DNA of 64,000 nucleotides from Lytechinus pictus (Eukaryota), in NCBI RefSeq assembly GCF_037042905.1, contig NC_087247.1, positions 9,548,001-9,612,000 of the forward strand, given 5' to 3'. Position numbers and translations under genes: made by a program. Shown here piece by piece: positions 61,415-64,000 of the stretch (its first letter is position 1; each line of letters opens with the position of its first letter). The notes beneath the pieces were generated by a model, which was not told the DNA's origin, searched no databases, and saw nothing but the letters and a program-made list of their open reading frames with translations.

Positions 61415-62717
61415 TTAAAAATGCACCATCCCCTCGATCTGCTAACTGTCTCTCTTTCGCACTCATCCCTCCTTCTGTCTCTCTCGCTATAGGGTTTCTC
61501 CTCGCTTTCCGTTCCTTTGCTCCCTTTTGCGGTGGGCTCTCTTTATTGATAAAACTGACTTATTAGATTTGCGCATGTATTAAAATATATAAGAGTGAAC
61601 TATCAGGAATAGAGAGATAGAAAAAAAAAAGGAGAACAAAATTAACAACAATAACGGTGAGGGGATTAATCCCAAACGCTCGTTTGAGATTACCTATTAT
61701 AGGCCTATTATGAGCCCTATCCCCAATTATTGGAACAAAATTAGTGATTCGCTATATGGAAGTTTATCAAAATAGTGTTTTTTTGTATATGTTTGTTCCA
61801 GATATAAAGCAAACTATTCGTGTTTTGTATCTATTAAGATGCAGAAGAGTTGAATGTTTTGTATGTTAGGGGCACAGTGCTATATATACATGTGGGGGTC
61901 AGCGGTTGACTGCCTTAAAGGAAACCAAACCCCAGAGGTCAACTTTGTCTCTTGATAAAGATAATTATATATGTTGCTCAATAAGATTAACAATTACCCT
62001 AAAAACTAACCCAGAAAGCAGAAAAAGACAATAATATGATGCTGTCTTGGCCCCCTCTGAGCATCGCCATATTTCTAAGCCCCGACCAAATTCGTGACGT
62101 ATGTGACGAAGTAGGAAATTTTCGATCGTCATTGGTCAATATCTTTTGGTCACACGTTTGTTTCAAGTAGTGAACAAAAATAAAAGAGGAGTCAGGGAAG
62201 GAAAGAGAGAGAAGATTGAAGAAGAGCACTCGTTATAAGGGTATCAAAACACCGATTTTAAAAAAAGGGGGTAGTTTTGAAAGACTGGTCAATGGTCAAT
62301 CGCAGGGTCAAACGTATTTAGGGTATGTTTTTTCCAAAGCTTTTTTTTAAATACTATATAGCCAAACGTGTTTAGGCCAAGGGTATGTTTTTTCCCCAAG
62401 CTTTTTCCCGGGGTCATGTTCTGCATGGCGACAACTTGTTTAGGGGCCAAAATGTGTAAATAAAGCCCGCGAAAAACTTGTTTAGGGTGTTATTTTGCAC
62501 ACAGAGAAAAACTTGTTTACGGGGTGTATGGAAATAATTTGGCCACGCGTGTGTACAACAATACATTTGACTGCCCCCCCCCCCCCCCGGTGTCAAAGTG
62601 ACGTCACCTTTCGCCGCCCCTATGCAGGTACCCAAATCGACCTGCTGCATTATGTTCAATCTATAGGCCTATATAGATGAACACTACAGATCATCGATTT
62701 TAGAGAAACATGTTTAA

Positions 62718-63145
62718 TGGGATGGTCCGGGCTGAAAGTATTTAAAGCTTAATAAATAGAGTAAAATTCACTGAGCAAAACGCCACAAATTTCATCAAAA
62801 TCGGATAACAAATAACATAGTTATTGAATTTAAAAGTTTAGCAATATTTTGTGAAAACAGTCGTCATGAATATTCATTAGGTGGGCTGATGATGTCACAT
62901 CCCTACTTGTTCTTTTGTATTTTATTATATGAAATTAGGTTTATTCAAAAATTTTCTCCAAGAACTAGAAAAATTGAATTGACAACTGATTTAGCGCATT
63001 AGATATTTGTTGCTACAACTTATATCATTATAAGGGAGACATATTTATTCACACAAGTATGAAATAATGAAAAAAAAACATGATTTTATGTAATAACATA
63101 AGAAAATGTATTAAGATATAAATATTTTCAGCCCGGACCATCCCT
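62718..63145. mobile_element. TTAA-type MITE, family D copy 2 (internally deleted)
   Basis: gggatggtccgggctgaaa / tttcagcccggaccatccct-TTAA. Confidence 0.8.
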
Positions 63146-63215
63146 TTAAGGTGAAGATCGTTCGGGATCACCGATATTATAGTCTGCTGCATGTGTAAAC
63201 CCTTCACTCGATTAA

Positions 63216-63732
63216 AGGGGAAGTTCACCCTGCCAACAAGTTTATTGTAAAAACAGCAGAAAAAGATAAAAAAATATTGCCAAAGGTTTGAGAAAAATCC
63301 ATCAAAGGCTATAAAAAAGTTATTAGACTTTTAACTATTTGATTTGTGACGTAATATGCGAGAAGATTAATTCTTACATATACCGTATATGGTAAAAAAA
63401 TAAATGAAATCTCATTTTCTCAGAAAATTGAAAATGGTTTTCACTGTAACTTATGAATATCAATAGACAAACAATTTCACACCCGTTTCTAAAAAGAAAA
63501 CCAAAATAAGTCACGGGTCACGTATACCATTAAAAAATTGAAATTTATGCCTTTTATATTACATAACATGTTGGGCAGCTGCTCGTTTATGACGTTACAT
63601 GTCCAAAACTTTAAATTCTAATAACTTTCTTAATCTTTAATGGATTTTCCTCAAATCTTCACCGATATTTTATTATTATTTTTTGGGTGCTATTTTGCAA
63701 AAAAAAAACTTTCTTCAGAGTGAACTTTCCCT
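63216..63732. mobile_element. TTAA-flanked MITE, family E
   Basis: TTAA-aggggaagttcaccctg ... cagagtgaactttccct-TTAA. Confidence 0.8.
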
Positions 63733-64000
63733 TTAAGGGTCTGAATGTGCAGCCTATAATGCCGTCTGTACTGAAGGCCCTGCATTGAAACAGCAAGTTT
63801 TAGTCTTTGCGTGGAGACCAACTTGTTGATCAAAGTTAATCATCATCATCGTCGTCGTCGTCATCATCATCATCAGTGTATATATCGGCAAAAAACGAAT
63901 AGTTTTCGGAATAATCCGATCACCCCTTATATTCAGAAGATTTTCTTTTAAGTATTCATTTGGAATTTTGTATTGAATTACTCGCTCTTTCCAAATAAAA

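Overview
AT-rich, intron-containing animal genomic DNA with two assembly gaps, almost certainly from a sea urchin (inferred from a strongylocin-type gene and the repeat content). Most real genes are split into small exons and are invisible in the ORF track; I rebuilt them by hand from GT/AG sites and phase continuity. Gene order: last exon of a clan-2 cytochrome P450 (+, 1418-1596); 3-exon Cys-rich caveolin (+, 3636-9103, 159 aa); complete 6-exon clan-2 P450 (-, 29509-13572, 506 aa); 5'-truncated CR1/L2-group LINE with an uninterrupted RT frame (-); intronless rhodopsin-type GPCR (-, 570 aa); 4-exon EFCAB10 (+, 135 aa); a 3.6-kb minisatellite with a 33-bp unit; and a 4-exon strongylocin-2-like antimicrobial prepropeptide (-, 60184-56660, 96 aa). 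Introns and intergenic DNA carry many MITEs (TTAA, TA, 6-bp and 8-bp TSD types) and tRNA-derived SINEs. The most unusual signals are two identical, fully paired, short-variable-arm tRNA-like genes with a UCA (UGA-reading) anticodon inside 190-bp direct repeats between (TA)n tracts in the strongylocin intron, and a minimal type-I hammerhead ribozyme next to another (TA)n tract.
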